64,000 nt of DNA from Agrococcus jejuensis. Its GTDB lineage: Bacteria > Actinomycetota > Actinomycetes > Actinomycetales > Microbacteriaceae. The translations under genes and the position numbers were made by a program. The DNA is taken from assembly GCF_007679035.1 (NCBI RefSeq), contig NZ_VEFR01000002.1, forward strand, positions 349,245 through 413,244, given 5' to 3'. The notes below the pieces were generated by a model. It made no database searches, was not told the origin of the DNA, and worked only from the letters and a program-made list of their open reading frames with translations. Positions 33,898 through 44,289 of this stretch are shown here, piece by piece; positions within the stretch are counted from its first letter, which is position 1; the number at the start of each line of letters is the position of its first letter.

Positions 33898-35304
33898 TCA
33901 GGCCCGCGTCACGTCGCGCTCGAGCGCCTCGAGCGTGCGCCCGCGCGACTCCGGCAGGCGCCAGAGCACGAAGGCGAGCGCGCACCCGCCGAGCACGGCG
34001 AAGCCGAAGAAGGTGCCCGAGATGCCGACGGAGGCGACGAGCGTCGGGAAGGCGAGCGCGAGCGCCGCGTTCGTGATCCAGTTCGCGAACGCGCCCACGC
34101 CGACGCCGAGCCCGCGCATCCGCATGGGGAAGATCTCCGACAGCGTGACCCAGAACGCCACGTTGAGGAACGTCTGCATGGCGCCGACGAACGCGACGAC
34201 GAGCACGAGGATCACGATCGGCCGCGCGGGGTCGCCGGGCTGCAGCACGAGCGAGGCGACGCCGATGAGCACCTGGCAGATCGTGGTGAGCCCGAAGCCG
34301 AGCACGAACGTCGTGCGCCGGTTCACGCGGTCCATCATCCACAGCGCCACGATGCCGCCGAGCACGGCGATGACGCCGGGCGCGACGTTGGCGACGAGCG
34401 CCGCCTGACGCTCGAAGCCGGACTCCACGAGCACGGTCTGGCCGTAGTACATGATCGCGTTGATGCCCGTGACCTGCTGGCCGATGCCGAGGCCGATGCC
34501 CGTGAGCAGGATCGCCAGCAGGCGGCGGTCGCGCACGACGTCGGCCAGCGTGACCCGGTCCGCCTGGCGGAGGCGTGCGATGGCCTCGACGTCGGCGAGC
34601 TCGGCGGCGGCGCGCTCGGGCGTGCGGATGCGCTGCAGCACCGCGAGCGCCTCGTCGCGGCGGCCGTGGTCGACGAGCCAGCGGGGCGACTCCGGCATGC
34701 GCAGCATGCCGACGAACAGGGCGGCGGCGGGCAGGGCGCAGACGGCGAACATGATGCGCCACACGCCGTCGAGGTGACCGAGCTGCGCGCCGAGGATGGC
34801 GTTGACCACGAATGCCGCGAGCTGTCCCGAGACGATCGCGAGCTCGTTGCGGCCCGAGAGGGAGCCGCGGATCTCGTGCGGTGCGAGCTCGGCGAGGTAG
34901 ACGGGCACGACCGTCGAGGCGCCGCCGACGGCGAGGCCCAGCGCCACGCGGCCGACCACGAGCACCTCGAGGCTCGGCGACGCCACGACCACGAGGGCGC
35001 CGACGAAGAAGAGCACCGCGAGCGCCACGATCGTCGTGCGGCGGCCGCGCGCATCCGACACGCGCCCGCCCACGAGCGCGCCGATCGCGGCGGCGAAGAC
35101 GAGCGACGACGTGGCGATGCCCTGCGTCAGCGGCGTGAGGCCGAGCTCCTGCGTCATCGGCAGCAGCGCGCCGTTGATGACGCCCGTGTCGTAGCCGAAC
35201 AGCAGCCCGCCGAGGCACGCGACGACCGCGACGAGGCCGAGCCTGCGTCGATGCGGTCCGTCGCCGAGCGGGGGCAGCGTGGCGGGGGCGCTCGGCGCGG
35301 TCAT
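33898..35304 (-). CDS. MFS sugar-porter-family transporter
   Basis: The 469-aa protein carries sugar-transporter signatures (GLLFGYDTGVINGA, GRVSDARGRRTT, PESPRWL, motif region QQVTGINAIMYYG). Confidence 0.85.
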   Translation of the reverse strand: MTAPSAPATLPPLGDGPHRRRLGLVAVVACLGGLLFGYDTGVINGALLPMTQELGLTPLTQGIATSSLVFAAAIGALVGGRVSDARGRRTTIVALAVLFFVGALVVVASPSLEVLVVGRVALGLAVGGASTVVPVYLAELAPHEIRGSLSGRNELAIVSGQLAAFVVNAILGAQLGHLDGVWRIMFAVCALPAAALFVGMLRMPESPRWLVDHGRRDEALAVLQRIRTPERAAAELADVEAIARLRQADRVTLADVVRDRRLLAILLTGIGLGIGQQVTGINAIMYYGQTVLVESGFERQAALVANVAPGVIAVLGGIVALWMMDRVNRRTTFVLGFGLTTICQVLIGVASLVLQPGDPARPIVILVLVVAFVGAMQTFLNVAFWVTLSEIFPMRMRGLGVGVGAFANWITNAALALAFPTLVASVGISGTFFGFAVLGGCALAFVLWRLPESRGRTLEALERDVTRA

Positions 35305-35363
35305 GGTCCTCCTCGATCCGACCCTCCATCCTGGCAGCGGATGGATGCGCCGGGCGCCCTGCG

Positions 35364-36914
35364 CTACGACGTGCGTCGCATCCTGCGCACGCGTCGCGAC
35401 GCTCGGGCCGCGGCGTCGCGCATCCGACCGGACGGCCACGCGCGATGCAGGGCGACGCCGTCGAGCCCGGTCACGAGCGTCGTGCGACGACCGGCGAGCA
35501 GCGGCGAGCGTCCGGCGGCGGCGACGACGGAGGGGTCGACCCGCACGGCCGCGTCGACGTCGCCTCCGGCGCGCCGCGCCCGCACGAGCAGCGGGAGGTC
35601 GGTGCCGCCCGCATCCGCGCCGAACGCGCGGATCGGGTCGATGGAGACGGACGCGACGCCGTGCGCGTCGACGACGCACGATCCGATGCGGCGATCGTGC
35701 CCCCCGTCGACGCCGCGCACGAGGAGGTCGACGCGGTCGACGGGCGACTCGCCGAGCACCTCGGCGTACAGGTCGCCGAGCCACGGCGGACCGTGCCACG
35801 CCTCGGCGGCGTCGTCGGTCAGCCGCAGGCGCAGTCGCAGCCGCAGGCCGCCGCCGCGCGACCAGCGAGCGTCGACGAGCTGCGCAGTGCCCACGGACGC
35901 TCGCACCTCCTCGGCGGCGAGGGCGAGGAGGTCCGCGCGCCTGCCGGCGCGCAGCAGCGCGACGCGCAGCCGGTTCGGCCCGGAGAGCCCCGCGTCGACG
36001 CCGAGGCCGAACCTGCGCTCGACGAGCGGCGTCACGACGTCGAGCAGGCGCTCGCGGTACGCGTCGGGGTAGCGCAGCATCTGCCGCCCCGTCAGCCGCT
36101 TGAGGATCTTGCTGCGCAACCAGTGCCCCAGCAGCCGATCGCGCAGCTCGCCGGGCTCGGTGTGCTGCTCGACCACGTCGAGCACGGTCTCGAGGTGCGG
36201 GTAGTACGTCTCGGGCTCGATGCGCGACGAGCTCGCGCTGCCCGGCTGCTTGACCCAGGCGTAGCAGGGCGTGCTGGCGAGGATCGAGATGACGTCGGCC
36301 GCGAAGTACGCCTGCATGACGAAGAGGTGGTCCTCGAGCCGCACGCGGCCCTCGGGGAAGCGGATGCCGTGCTGCCGCAGGAACGCGGTGCGGAACATCT
36401 TGTGGGGCGTGAGCATCTGCAGCAGCGGGTCGACGCCGAGGCGGGCGTCGAACACGTCGCGACGGAAGATGGCCTCGGGGATCGCGCGCCCGACGCCGAC
36501 CTCGCGACCGACGACGACGTCGGAGCCGTGCTCGTCGGCGACGTCGCACAGGCGCTCGAGCGCCTCGGGGAAGAGGTGGTCGTCCTGGTCGACGAGCTGC
36601 ACGAAGGTGCCGCGCGCCTCGTCGATGCCGCGGTTGCGCGGCGTCCCCGGCCATCCCGAGTGCGGCAGGGAGAGCACGCGCACGTGGGGTCGTTCGCGCG
36701 CGATCGCCTCGAGCTGCGCGGCCGTCTCGTCGCCGGATCCGTCGTCGCACAGCAGCACCTCGAAGCGGTCCTGCGCGAGCGTCTGCGCGTCGAGCGATGC
36801 GATCAGCGGATCGATCGCGGCACCTGGACGGAACACCGGCACGACGACCGACACGCGGATCGGCCCCGCCTCGTGCGCGGCCATCGTGCGTCGGTCGATC
36901 CCATCCGTGGTCAT
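35364..36914 (-). CDS. Family-2 glycosyltransferase with a large C-terminal extension
   Basis: The GT2 N-terminal domain is clear (VSVVVPVFRPGAAIDPLIASLDAQT...EVLLCDDGSGDET...QLVDQDD). The C-terminal ~250 aa has no recognisable family. Confidence 0.75.
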   Translation of the reverse strand: MTTDGIDRRTMAAHEAGPIRVSVVVPVFRPGAAIDPLIASLDAQTLAQDRFEVLLCDDGSGDETAAQLEAIARERPHVRVLSLPHSGWPGTPRNRGIDEARGTFVQLVDQDDHLFPEALERLCDVADEHGSDVVVGREVGVGRAIPEAIFRRDVFDARLGVDPLLQMLTPHKMFRTAFLRQHGIRFPEGRVRLEDHLFVMQAYFAADVISILASTPCYAWVKQPGSASSSRIEPETYYPHLETVLDVVEQHTEPGELRDRLLGHWLRSKILKRLTGRQMLRYPDAYRERLLDVVTPLVERRFGLGVDAGLSGPNRLRVALLRAGRRADLLALAAEEVRASVGTAQLVDARWSRGGGLRLRLRLRLTDDAAEAWHGPPWLGDLYAEVLGESPVDRVDLLVRGVDGGHDRRIGSCVVDAHGVASVSIDPIRAFGADAGGTDLPLLVRARRAGGDVDAAVRVDPSVVAAAGRSPLLAGRRTTLVTGLDGVALHRAWPSGRMRDAAARASRRVRRMRRTS

Positions 36915-36976
36915 CGAAGGATGGTGACAGAGCGACGGGGCGCGCGCTCGCCGATGCGAGCGGGATGCGATCCGTG

Positions 36977-37927
36977 CTACCCGTCGGCCGGGCGATGGCT
37001 GCGGAGGCCACGGAGGCCGCCGATCCCCACGTCGGCGAGCGGGATGCCGCGCACGAGGCGGCGCCACGGATGCTCGGCGAGCGTCCACAGCATGCCGCCC
37101 TCGACGTCGATCGCGAGGTCCTCGCAGCCGACCGGCAGCGCCACCTCGGTGCGGCGCAGGGCGTCGCCCGGCCCCGACCAGAGCGCGCCGGGCCGCATGC
37201 CGCGCGACTGCGAGACGAGCACGGTCTCCCCGACCCGCACGACGCCCTGCATGCGCGCCACGCCCGTCGGCACGGGCGCGAGCGGCGGCCACGCGTCTCC
37301 TCCCGCGGGCACGACCGACTCGACGATGCGGCCCGCGTCGTCGGTGCGGTACTCGCCGACGAGCACGCTCGGCTGCACGGTGCCGTCGGCGTCGAACGCG
37401 CGACCGAGGAAGGAGCAGCGGATCGGCACCTCGTGCACGTGCGCGCGCACGACGGCCCGGCCGCGAGCGCCGAACGAGGGGCTCCGCGACCCGCGCAGCC
37501 GCCGCGCCTCGGCCCCCCGCACGTCGCGCACGTCGGCGAGGTCGAACTCCCACACGCCCTCGCGCGTCGCCGCGACGAGCAGCCGGTCGCCGATCCAGGC
37601 GAGGCCGCCTGCGTGGATGCGCGCGGGCGCGAGCGCTTCGGCCCCGTCGGGGATCGCGAGCGCCAGGTCGATGCTCGTGCCGCGCGCGAGGTCGACGAGC
37701 GTGATGCGCGACGCGAGGTGCTGCGTGCCCGCCGCGTCCTTGCGGAACCAGCTCACGGCGAGCGTGCGCCGACCGCGCCACGTGCCCACGTCGATGCCCT
37801 GCGGATACCACCTGCGAGCCACGGCGCGATGGCTCAGCCAGCGCAGGTCGATCGTCGAGCGGCCGGTCCGCAGCAGCGGTCGCCACGAGCGCAGGCGGGA
37901 GAGGAGCACGGCCCCATCGTCGCGCAT
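36977..37927 (-). CDS. Hypothetical protein (no recognisable domain)
   Basis: The 316-aa ORF sits between kdgK and the GT2 gene on the same strand with short gaps. The start codon is uncertain. Confidence 0.4.
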   Translation of the reverse strand: MRDDGAVLLSRLRSWRPLLRTGRSTIDLRWLSHRAVARRWYPQGIDVGTWRGRRTLAVSWFRKDAAGTQHLASRITLVDLARGTSIDLALAIPDGAEALAPARIHAGGLAWIGDRLLVAATREGVWEFDLADVRDVRGAEARRLRGSRSPSFGARGRAVVRAHVHEVPIRCSFLGRAFDADGTVQPSVLVGEYRTDDAGRIVESVVPAGGDAWPPLAPVPTGVARMQGVVRVGETVLVSQSRGMRPGALWSGPGDALRRTEVALPVGCEDLAIDVEGGMLWTLAEHPWRRLVRGIPLADVGIGGLRGLRSHRPADG

Positions 37928-37960
37928 CCGCGCACCGCGGCCGGCCGCCGCGCTGGTGCG

Positions 37961-38905
37961 CTACCGGTCGACGGGGTCGCCGCCGCCGCGCACGAGCTCG
38001 GCGACGTCGGCGGGGGTGGGCATGGCCTCCCAGTCGCCCTCGGCGCGGCACGCGCATGCACCGGCGGCGGATGCCGTGCGCAGGCGGGTCGCGTGGTCGG
38101 CGCCGCGCACGAGCTCGGCGAGGTAGCCGCCCACGAACGCGTCGCCGGCGCCCACGGTGTCGGCGACGGGCACGCGGTACGCGTCGACGCGCAGCACCTC
38201 GTCGCCGTCGACGCCCACGGCGCCGCGGTCGCCGAGCTTCACGACGGCCCGCGCCGGGCCGAGCGCCTGCAGCGCGAGCGCGAGCGCGTCGTCCGACTCG
38301 CCCGACACGAGGATGCGCGCCTCGTCGTCGCCCGCGAACACGACGTCGGCGAGCGCGACGAGCTCGCGATACCGGGGCGCGGCGTCGGCGTGCGACCACA
38401 GCTTCGACCGGTGGTTCACGTCGAACGACACGAGCGTGCCGACCTCGCGCGCATGGCGCACGGCGTGCAGCACGGCCTCCGCCGACGTCGCCGAGAGCGC
38501 GAGGCCGATGCCGGTGACGTGCAGCACGTCGGCCGCCGCGATCGCGTCGAGGTCGACGTCGGCGGGCGACAGCCGCGAGCCGGCGTTGCCGTCGCGGTAG
38601 TAGGTGACGCGGCTGCGGCCGAGGTGCGGCCGGTCCTTGAGCATGATCGCGGTCGGCACCTCGGCGTCGACGGCGACGTGCGCCGTCACGTGCTCGGCGC
38701 GCAGCGTGCGCAGGATGCGGCGGCCGACGGCGTCGTCGCCCACGCGGCCGATCCACGACGTCGGGATGCCGAGGCGCGCCGTCGCGATCGCGACGTTCGT
38801 CTCGGCGCCGCCGAACGACAGCTCGGCGTCGCCCACGACGTCGAAGCCGCCCGTGCGACGCGCGAGCACGAGCCCGAGGGCCTCGCCGAGCGTCACGACG
38901 CTCAT
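37961..38905 (-). CDS. kdgK: PfkB-family sugar kinase, 2-dehydro-3-deoxygluconokinase-like
   Basis: Ribokinase-fold motifs are present (GGAETNVAIATARLG, anion hole DTVGAGDAFVGGYL). Its start overlaps the eda stop (ATGA). Confidence 0.8.
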   Translation of the reverse strand: MSVVTLGEALGLVLARRTGGFDVVGDAELSFGGAETNVAIATARLGIPTSWIGRVGDDAVGRRILRTLRAEHVTAHVAVDAEVPTAIMLKDRPHLGRSRVTYYRDGNAGSRLSPADVDLDAIAAADVLHVTGIGLALSATSAEAVLHAVRHAREVGTLVSFDVNHRSKLWSHADAAPRYRELVALADVVFAGDDEARILVSGESDDALALALQALGPARAVVKLGDRGAVGVDGDEVLRVDAYRVPVADTVGAGDAFVGGYLAELVRGADHATRLRTASAAGACACRAEGDWEAMPTPADVAELVRGGGDPVDR

Positions 38906-39520
38906 GCCGGCACCGCCTCGGCGATCGCGACGGCGCGTGCGGCGATGGCCGCGACCGCATCCGCGCCCTCGCGCATCGCGGGGCCTGCGGCGAGCCACGA
39001 CCCAGAGACGGCGAACACCGCCGGATGCGCGAGGTGCGTGGCGAGCGTCGACTCGCTCACGCCGCCCGAGGGCATGAAGGTCACGTCGGCGAAGACGGAG
39101 GCGTACGCGTCGAGCAGCGCGAGGCCGCCCGCGACGCCGGCGGGGAAGAGCTTGAGCCGACGCAGGCCGAGGTCGCGCGCCATCGTGACCTCGGTGGCCG
39201 TCATGACGCCGGGCAGCACGTCGACGCCCGCCGCCTGCGCGACGGCGACGACGTCGGCCGAGAGGCCGGGCGACACGAGGAACCGCGCGCCGGCATCGAT
39301 CGCCGCGCGCGCCTGGTCGGCGTCGAGCACCGTGCCGGCGCCGGCAACGAGGTCGCCGCGGCTCGCGATCGTGCGCAGCGCATCCATCGCGTGCGGCGTG
39401 CGCAGCGCGACCTCGACGATGCCGATGCCGCCCGCGACGAGCCCGTCGGCGAGCGCCGCCGACTCCCCCGGCGTCGACGGTGCGGCGAGCGGCACGAGGC
39501 GGTGCCCGGCGACGGCGCTC
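38902..39520 (-). CDS. eda: 2-dehydro-3-deoxyphosphogluconate (KDPG) aldolase
   Basis: The 206-aa translation matches the Eda family (GIGIVEVALRTPHAMDALRTIA, GAGTVLD, KLFPA). Confidence 0.8.
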
Positions 39521-40271
39521 ATCGGGCCAGCCAGCCGCCGTCGACGGGCAGGATCGCGCCCGTCACGTACGCGGCCGCGGGGCTCGCGAGGAACACCGTC
39601 GCGCCGCCGAGGTCGTCCGCACGGCCCCAGCGGCCCGCCGGGATGCGCTCGAGGATGGCCGCCGAGCGGTCGGGGTCGTCGCGCAGCGCCTCGGTGTTGT
39701 CGGTCGCGATGTAGCCGGGCGCGATGCCGTTCACCGTGACGCCACGGCTGGCCCACTCGTTCGACAGCGCGTGCACGAGGCCCGCGACGCCCGACTTCGC
39801 GGCCGCGTAGCCCGGCACGTTGATGCCGCCCTGGAACGTCAGGAGGCTCGCGGTGAAGATGATGCGGCCGTGGCCGCGCTCGAGCATGCCCGCGGCGACG
39901 GCCTGCGAGAGCACGAACTGGCTCGACAGGTTCACCTGCAGCACCTCGTCCCACCACTCGAGCGGGTGCTCGGCGGCAGGCGCGCGGCGGATCGTGCCCG
40001 CGTTGTTCACGAGGATGTCGGCACCGCCGACGCGCGCGCCGAAGGCCTCGACGGCGGCGCGGTCGGAGAAGTCGACGGCGTGGCCCTCGAATGCGCGACC
40101 GAGGTCGCGCACACGGCGGCCGATCTCGCCGCCGTCGGCCTCCTGGCTCGACGAGGCGGCGACGATGTCGGCGCCGGCCTCGGCGAGCGCGAGGGCCATG
40201 GCGAAGCCGATGCCGCGGCGCGCGCCGGTGACGACGGCCGTCTGGCCCGTGAGGTCGAACGAGACGGTCAT
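39519..40271 (-). CDS. kduD: SDR-family 2-dehydro-3-deoxy-D-gluconate 5-dehydrogenase (KduD-like)
   Basis: The nucleotide-binding motif TGARRGIG is present, and so is the catalytic Y-x3-K (YAAAKSGVAGL). Confidence 0.75.
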   Translation of the reverse strand: MTVSFDLTGQTAVVTGARRGIGFAMALALAEAGADIVAASSSQEADGGEIGRRVRDLGRAFEGHAVDFSDRAAVEAFGARVGGADILVNNAGTIRRAPAAEHPLEWWDEVLQVNLSSQFVLSQAVAAGMLERGHGRIIFTASLLTFQGGINVPGYAAAKSGVAGLVHALSNEWASRGVTVNGIAPGYIATDNTEALRDDPDRSAAILERIPAGRWGRADDLGGATVFLASPAAAYVTGAILPVDGGWLAR

Positions 40272-41293
40272 GCGCGGGCTCCCTGCACGTCGACGAGGAT
40301 CTTCATGGCGTCGCCGACCGCGAGGGCCTCGAACGCGGCCTGCGTGTCGTCGAGGGGCACGACGCGCGTGATGAGCTCGTCGGCGGGCACCTGACCGGAG
40401 GCGAGCAGGTCGACGGCGCGCTCGAAGTCGGCGCGCTCGTAGACGCGAGCGCCGATGAGCTCGAGCTCGCGCCAGAAGACGCGGTGCAGGTCGATCGGCA
40501 CGGGCTGCGCGTGGATGGCGACCATGACGACGCGGCCGCGCACGCGGGCGAGGTGCGGGCTCGACAGCGCGGTGGCGGCGACGCCGGCGACCTCGAACAC
40601 GACGTCGGCGCCTGCGCCGCCCGTGCGCTCGTCGACCACCGCGGGCACGTCGGCGCCGATGGGGTCGAGGGTGTCGGCGCCGAGGCGCTCGGCGAGCGCG
40701 CGGCGCTCGGCGTTGGGCTCGACGACGAGCACGTGCGCACCGGTCGCGCGAGCGACGAGGGCGATGAGCTGGCCGATGGGGCCGCCGCCCACGACGACGA
40801 CATGCTCGCCCGCGGCGACGCGGCCTCGGGCCACGTCGTGGCACGCGACGGCGAGGGGCTCGACGAGCGCCGCGTGGCGCAGGGAGAGGGATGCGGGCAG
40901 CGGCACGATGAGCGCCGCATCCACGTTCCACCGCTCCTGCAGCGAGCCGGGGCTGTCGATGCCGACGAAGTTGAGGCGCTGGCAGACGTGACCGTTGCCG
41001 GCCTCGCACGCGGGGCACGAGCCGCACGCGTCGAGCGGCATGACGGTGACCTGGTCGCCGACCGCGATGTCCGTCACGCCCTCGCCGACCGCGGCGATCG
41101 TGCCGCTCATCTCGTGGCCGATCGACTGCGGCGTCGTGACGCGGGAGTCCATCGAGCCGTGCAGCACGTGCAGGTCGGTGCCGCAGATGCCGGTGTAGGC
41201 GACGTCGATCTGCACCTGGCCCGCGGCGGGCTCGGTGGCGGCGACCTCGTCGACGGTGATGCGGTGCTCGCCGCGGTACTGCGCTGCCCTCAT
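40268..41293 (-). CDS. Zinc-dependent medium-chain alcohol/polyol dehydrogenase (idonate / sorbitol / threonine-dehydrogenase type)
   Basis: The zinc-binding segment is GICGTDLHV...GHEMSGT, with structural-zinc cysteines CGSCPACEAGNGHVC and a Rossmann motif VVVGGGPIG. Confidence 0.8.
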   Translation of the reverse strand: MRAAQYRGEHRITVDEVAATEPAAGQVQIDVAYTGICGTDLHVLHGSMDSRVTTPQSIGHEMSGTIAAVGEGVTDIAVGDQVTVMPLDACGSCPACEAGNGHVCQRLNFVGIDSPGSLQERWNVDAALIVPLPASLSLRHAALVEPLAVACHDVARGRVAAGEHVVVVGGGPIGQLIALVARATGAHVLVVEPNAERRALAERLGADTLDPIGADVPAVVDERTGGAGADVVFEVAGVAATALSSPHLARVRGRVVMVAIHAQPVPIDLHRVFWRELELIGARVYERADFERAVDLLASGQVPADELITRVVPLDDTQAAFEALAVGDAMKILVDVQGARA

Positions 41294-41424
41294 GCGCGGA
41301 TGCTCCCTTGGATCCGTGAAACTTGCTTCCATCCGAAGGTCCACGTTGCGGAACTTCGTTTCGTGACGCTACCGTACCCGAAGCGGTCGTCCCACGCACC
41401 GCGGAACTTCAACGAGGAGGATCC

Positions 41425-42438
41425 ATGCGCAGCATGAGGGTCGGCGCCATCGCCGGCATCGCGACCGTCGGACTCGCCCTGGCGGCGTGCTCGGGCGGCA
41501 CGGGCGGCGAGGGCGGCTCCGCCGACCAGACCGTCTTCCGCGTCGCGTTCAACCAGGACATCGACCACCCGCAGGCGCAGGCGCTGCTCGAGGTGTCGGA
41601 TGCGCTCGAGGAGGCGACCGACGGCGCCTACCGCTTCGAGCTCTTCACCGACGAGACGCTCGGCGACCAGGCCGCGACGATCGAGCAGGTCCAGTCCGGC
41701 ACCCTCGACTTCGCGATCGTCGCAGGCAGCCTGCTCGAGAACTTCGAGCCCGACTTCTCGGTCGTGAACCTGCCGTACCTCTACGAGTCGCCCGAGCACC
41801 AGATGACCGTGCTCAACGACCCCGAGATCATGGGCGACCTCTACGAGACCGTCGTCGACGACAGCATCCAGGTGCTCACGGCCTACCACGGCGGCGTGCG
41901 CAACGTGTACACGACCGAGGGCCCCATCGAGACGCCCGAGGACCTCGCGGGCCTCAAGATCCGCGTCATCGGCTCGGACACGAACGTGCTCATGATGGAG
42001 CTCATGGGCGGCGTCGGCACCCCGATGGCGCAGGGCGAGGTCTACACGGCCATCCAGTCGGGCGTGCTCGACGGCGCCGAGAACAACGAGCTCATCTACT
42101 CGACGCTCAGCCACGACGAGATCGCCGGCTACTACTCGTACACGCAGCACCTCATGATGCCCGACTACCTCATCGCGAGCCCGACCGTCTGGGACGGCCT
42201 CGACGACGAGACGCGCGGCATCCTCGAGGACCTGCTCGCCGACAGCGTCGACACCGAGCTCGAGCTCTTCGCGACCGCCGTCGACGAGGCGGTCGCCGCC
42301 GCCGAGGAGGCCGGTGCGCAGTTCTCGGACGCCGACGTCGACGCCTTCCGCGAGGCCGTGCTGCCCATCCACGAGGAGCGGGTCACGAGCGACCTCACGC
42401 AGTCGATCTACGACGCGATCGACGCGGCGCGAGGCTGA
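41425..42438 (+). CDS. dctP: TRAP transporter substrate-binding subunit (DctP family), a lipoprotein
   Basis: The lipobox is LALAACSG. DctP-family body segments include NLPYLYESPEH and GLKIRV. The Shine-Dalgarno is GAGGAGGA. Confidence 0.85.
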   Translation: MRSMRVGAIAGIATVGLALAACSGGTGGEGGSADQTVFRVAFNQDIDHPQAQALLEVSDALEEATDGAYRFELFTDETLGDQAATIEQVQSGTLDFAIVAGSLLENFEPDFSVVNLPYLYESPEHQMTVLNDPEIMGDLYETVVDDSIQVLTAYHGGVRNVYTTEGPIETPEDLAGLKIRVIGSDTNVLMMELMGGVGTPMAQGEVYTAIQSGVLDGAENNELIYSTLSHDEIAGYYSYTQHLMMPDYLIASPTVWDGLDDETRGILEDLLADSVDTELELFATAVDEAVAAAEEAGAQFSDADVDAFREAVLPIHEERVTSDLTQSIYDAIDAARG

Positions 42439-42440
42439 CG

Positions 42441-42968
42441 ATGGCGAACGCCGTGACCACGTTCGAGACCTGGCTCACCAGGGTGCTCCGCGTCATCTGC
42501 GCCACGCTCTTCGCAGTGCTCGTGGCGCTCGTGACCTGGCAGGTCTTCACCCGGCTCGTGCTCGGGGACCCGAGCCCGTGGACGGAGGAGGCGGCTCGCT
42601 ACGCCTTCGTCTGGGTGAGCCTCATCGGCATCGCGATCGCGGTCGCCGAGAAGGCCGACGTGGTCATGGAGTTCGTCGTCGAGCGCCTGCCGAGGGCGCT
42701 GCAGCGCGTCGCCGACGTGCTCGCCTACCTCTCCACCCTGTCGTTCGTCGTGTACGCCATGATCATCGGCGGCTTCGAGCTCGTCGACCTCGCGTGGGGG
42801 CAGCGCAACCCGCTGCTGCCCCTCACGCAGGGCCAGCTGTACCTCGTGATCCCCATCTCGGGCGTCCTGCTCGCGCTCTTCCTGCTCCTGCACCTCGGTC
42901 GCGTGCTCGCACCCGGCTACGCAGGGCGCGAGGGCTTCCACGAGGACCCCGCGGCGGCCGGCGCATGA
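42441..42968 (+). CDS. dctQ: TRAP transporter small permease (DctQ)
   Basis: The 175-aa protein has 4 transmembrane segments and lies immediately after dctP. Confidence 0.8.
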   Translation: MANAVTTFETWLTRVLRVICATLFAVLVALVTWQVFTRLVLGDPSPWTEEAARYAFVWVSLIGIAIAVAEKADVVMEFVVERLPRALQRVADVLAYLSTLSFVVYAMIIGGFELVDLAWGQRNPLLPLTQGQLYLVIPISGVLLALFLLLHLGRVLAPGYAGREGFHEDPAAAGA

Positions 42969-44272
42969 TCGATCCAGCGCTCATCGGCGCCATCCTCATC
43001 GGTGGCCTCGTCATCCTGCTCGCGGTCGGCGCCCCCGTGTCGATCTCCATCGCGCTGCCGTCGGCGGTGTGCATGCTCCTCATCTCCGACTTCGACCGCG
43101 GCGCCATCACGAGCGCGCAGCAGATGGTGCGCGGCGCCAACTCGTTCGCGTTGCTCGCCATCCCGTTCTTCGTGCTCGCCGGCGTCATCATGAACAACGG
43201 CGGCATCGCCGAACGGCTCATCAACCTCGCCCGCGTGCTCGTGGGCAGGATGCCGGCGCCGCTCGTGCAGTCGAACGTCATCGCGAACGCGATCTTCGGC
43301 ACCGTCTCGGGCTCGGCCGTCGCCTCGGCGGCCGCCGTCGGCTCGACGATGGCGCCGATGCAGAAGCGCGAGGGCTACGACCCCGCCTTCGCGGCCGCCG
43401 CGAACGTCGCCTCGGCGCCGTCGGGCATGCTCATCCCGCCGAGCAACACGCTCATCGTCTACTCGCTCGCCGCCGGCGGCACCTCGGTCGGCGCGCTCTT
43501 CCTCGCCGGCTACGTGCCCGGCTTCCTGTGGGCGCTCGCGTGCGCGGTCGTCGTGTTCCTCTACGCCCGCAAGCACCCCGAGCTCAAGGGCAAGCCGTGG
43601 CCCGCGCCGTCGGTCTTCCTCACGACCTTCCTCAAGGCGCTGCCGTCGCTCGGCCTCATCGTCGTCGCCATCGGCGGCATCGTCGCCGGCTTCTTCACCC
43701 CCACCGAGGGCTCGGCGATCGCGGTGCTCTACGCGCTCGCGCTGTCGTTCGCCTACCGCACGATCAAGGTCCGCGACCTGCCGCGCATCCTGCTCGAGGC
43801 GTGCCGCACGTCGTCGATCGTGATCTTCCTCATCGCGGTCTCGACGATCATGGGCTTCGTCATGACGTACGCGCGGCTGCCGCAGCTCATGGCGGATGCG
43901 CTGTTCGGCTGGACGGACTCGAAGGTCGTCGTGCTGCTCATCATGATGCTGCTGCTGCTCGTCATCGGCATCCCGCTCGACCCCACGCCGGCGATCCTCA
44001 TCTTCACGCCGATCTTCCTGCCCATCGCCGTCTCGTACGGGATCGACCCCGTGCACTTCGGCATCATGATGGTCTTCAACCTGTCGATCGCGGTGATCTC
44101 GCCACCATCGGCACCGGTGCTCTTCGTGGGCGCGCAGGTGGCGAAGGTGCGGCTCGAGCCCGTCATCAAGCACCTGCTGCCGTTCATGGCCGTGCTCATC
44201 GTGCTGCTGTTCGTCATCGTGTTCGTGCCCGAGATCTCGCTGTGGCTGCCGCAGCTCGCCGGCCTCCTGTGA
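42965..44272 (+). CDS. dctM: TRAP transporter large permease (DctM)
   Basis: The 435-aa polytopic protein has DctM-typical segments (IPFFVLAGVIMNNGGIAERL). Its start overlaps the dctQ stop (ATGA). Confidence 0.85.
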   Translation: MIDPALIGAILIGGLVILLAVGAPVSISIALPSAVCMLLISDFDRGAITSAQQMVRGANSFALLAIPFFVLAGVIMNNGGIAERLINLARVLVGRMPAPLVQSNVIANAIFGTVSGSAVASAAAVGSTMAPMQKREGYDPAFAAAANVASAPSGMLIPPSNTLIVYSLAAGGTSVGALFLAGYVPGFLWALACAVVVFLYARKHPELKGKPWPAPSVFLTTFLKALPSLGLIVVAIGGIVAGFFTPTEGSAIAVLYALALSFAYRTIKVRDLPRILLEACRTSSIVIFLIAVSTIMGFVMTYARLPQLMADALFGWTDSKVVVLLIMMLLLLVIGIPLDPTPAILIFTPIFLPIAVSYGIDPVHFGIMMVFNLSIAVISPPSAPVLFVGAQVAKVRLEPVIKHLLPFMAVLIVLLFVIVFVPEISLWLPQLAGLL

Positions 44273-44289
44273 CCGAAGAAAGGACTCCC

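Noticed and set aside
30788-34408. A 1,206-aa plus-strand ORF, and others such as 30945..33479 (minus strand) and 33046..33705 (minus strand).
   Set aside because: They are antisense to, or out of frame with, the flotillin gene and the membrane-anchored hypothetical gene. The translations are low-complexity.
35445-38126. An 893-aa plus-strand ORF, and the 1,198-aa minus-strand ORF 35364..38960.
   Set aside because: The first is antisense to the GT2, hypothetical and kdgK genes. The second is a frame run-on that merges three separate real genes. Gene boundaries were set from internal start codons and overlapping stop/start signals.
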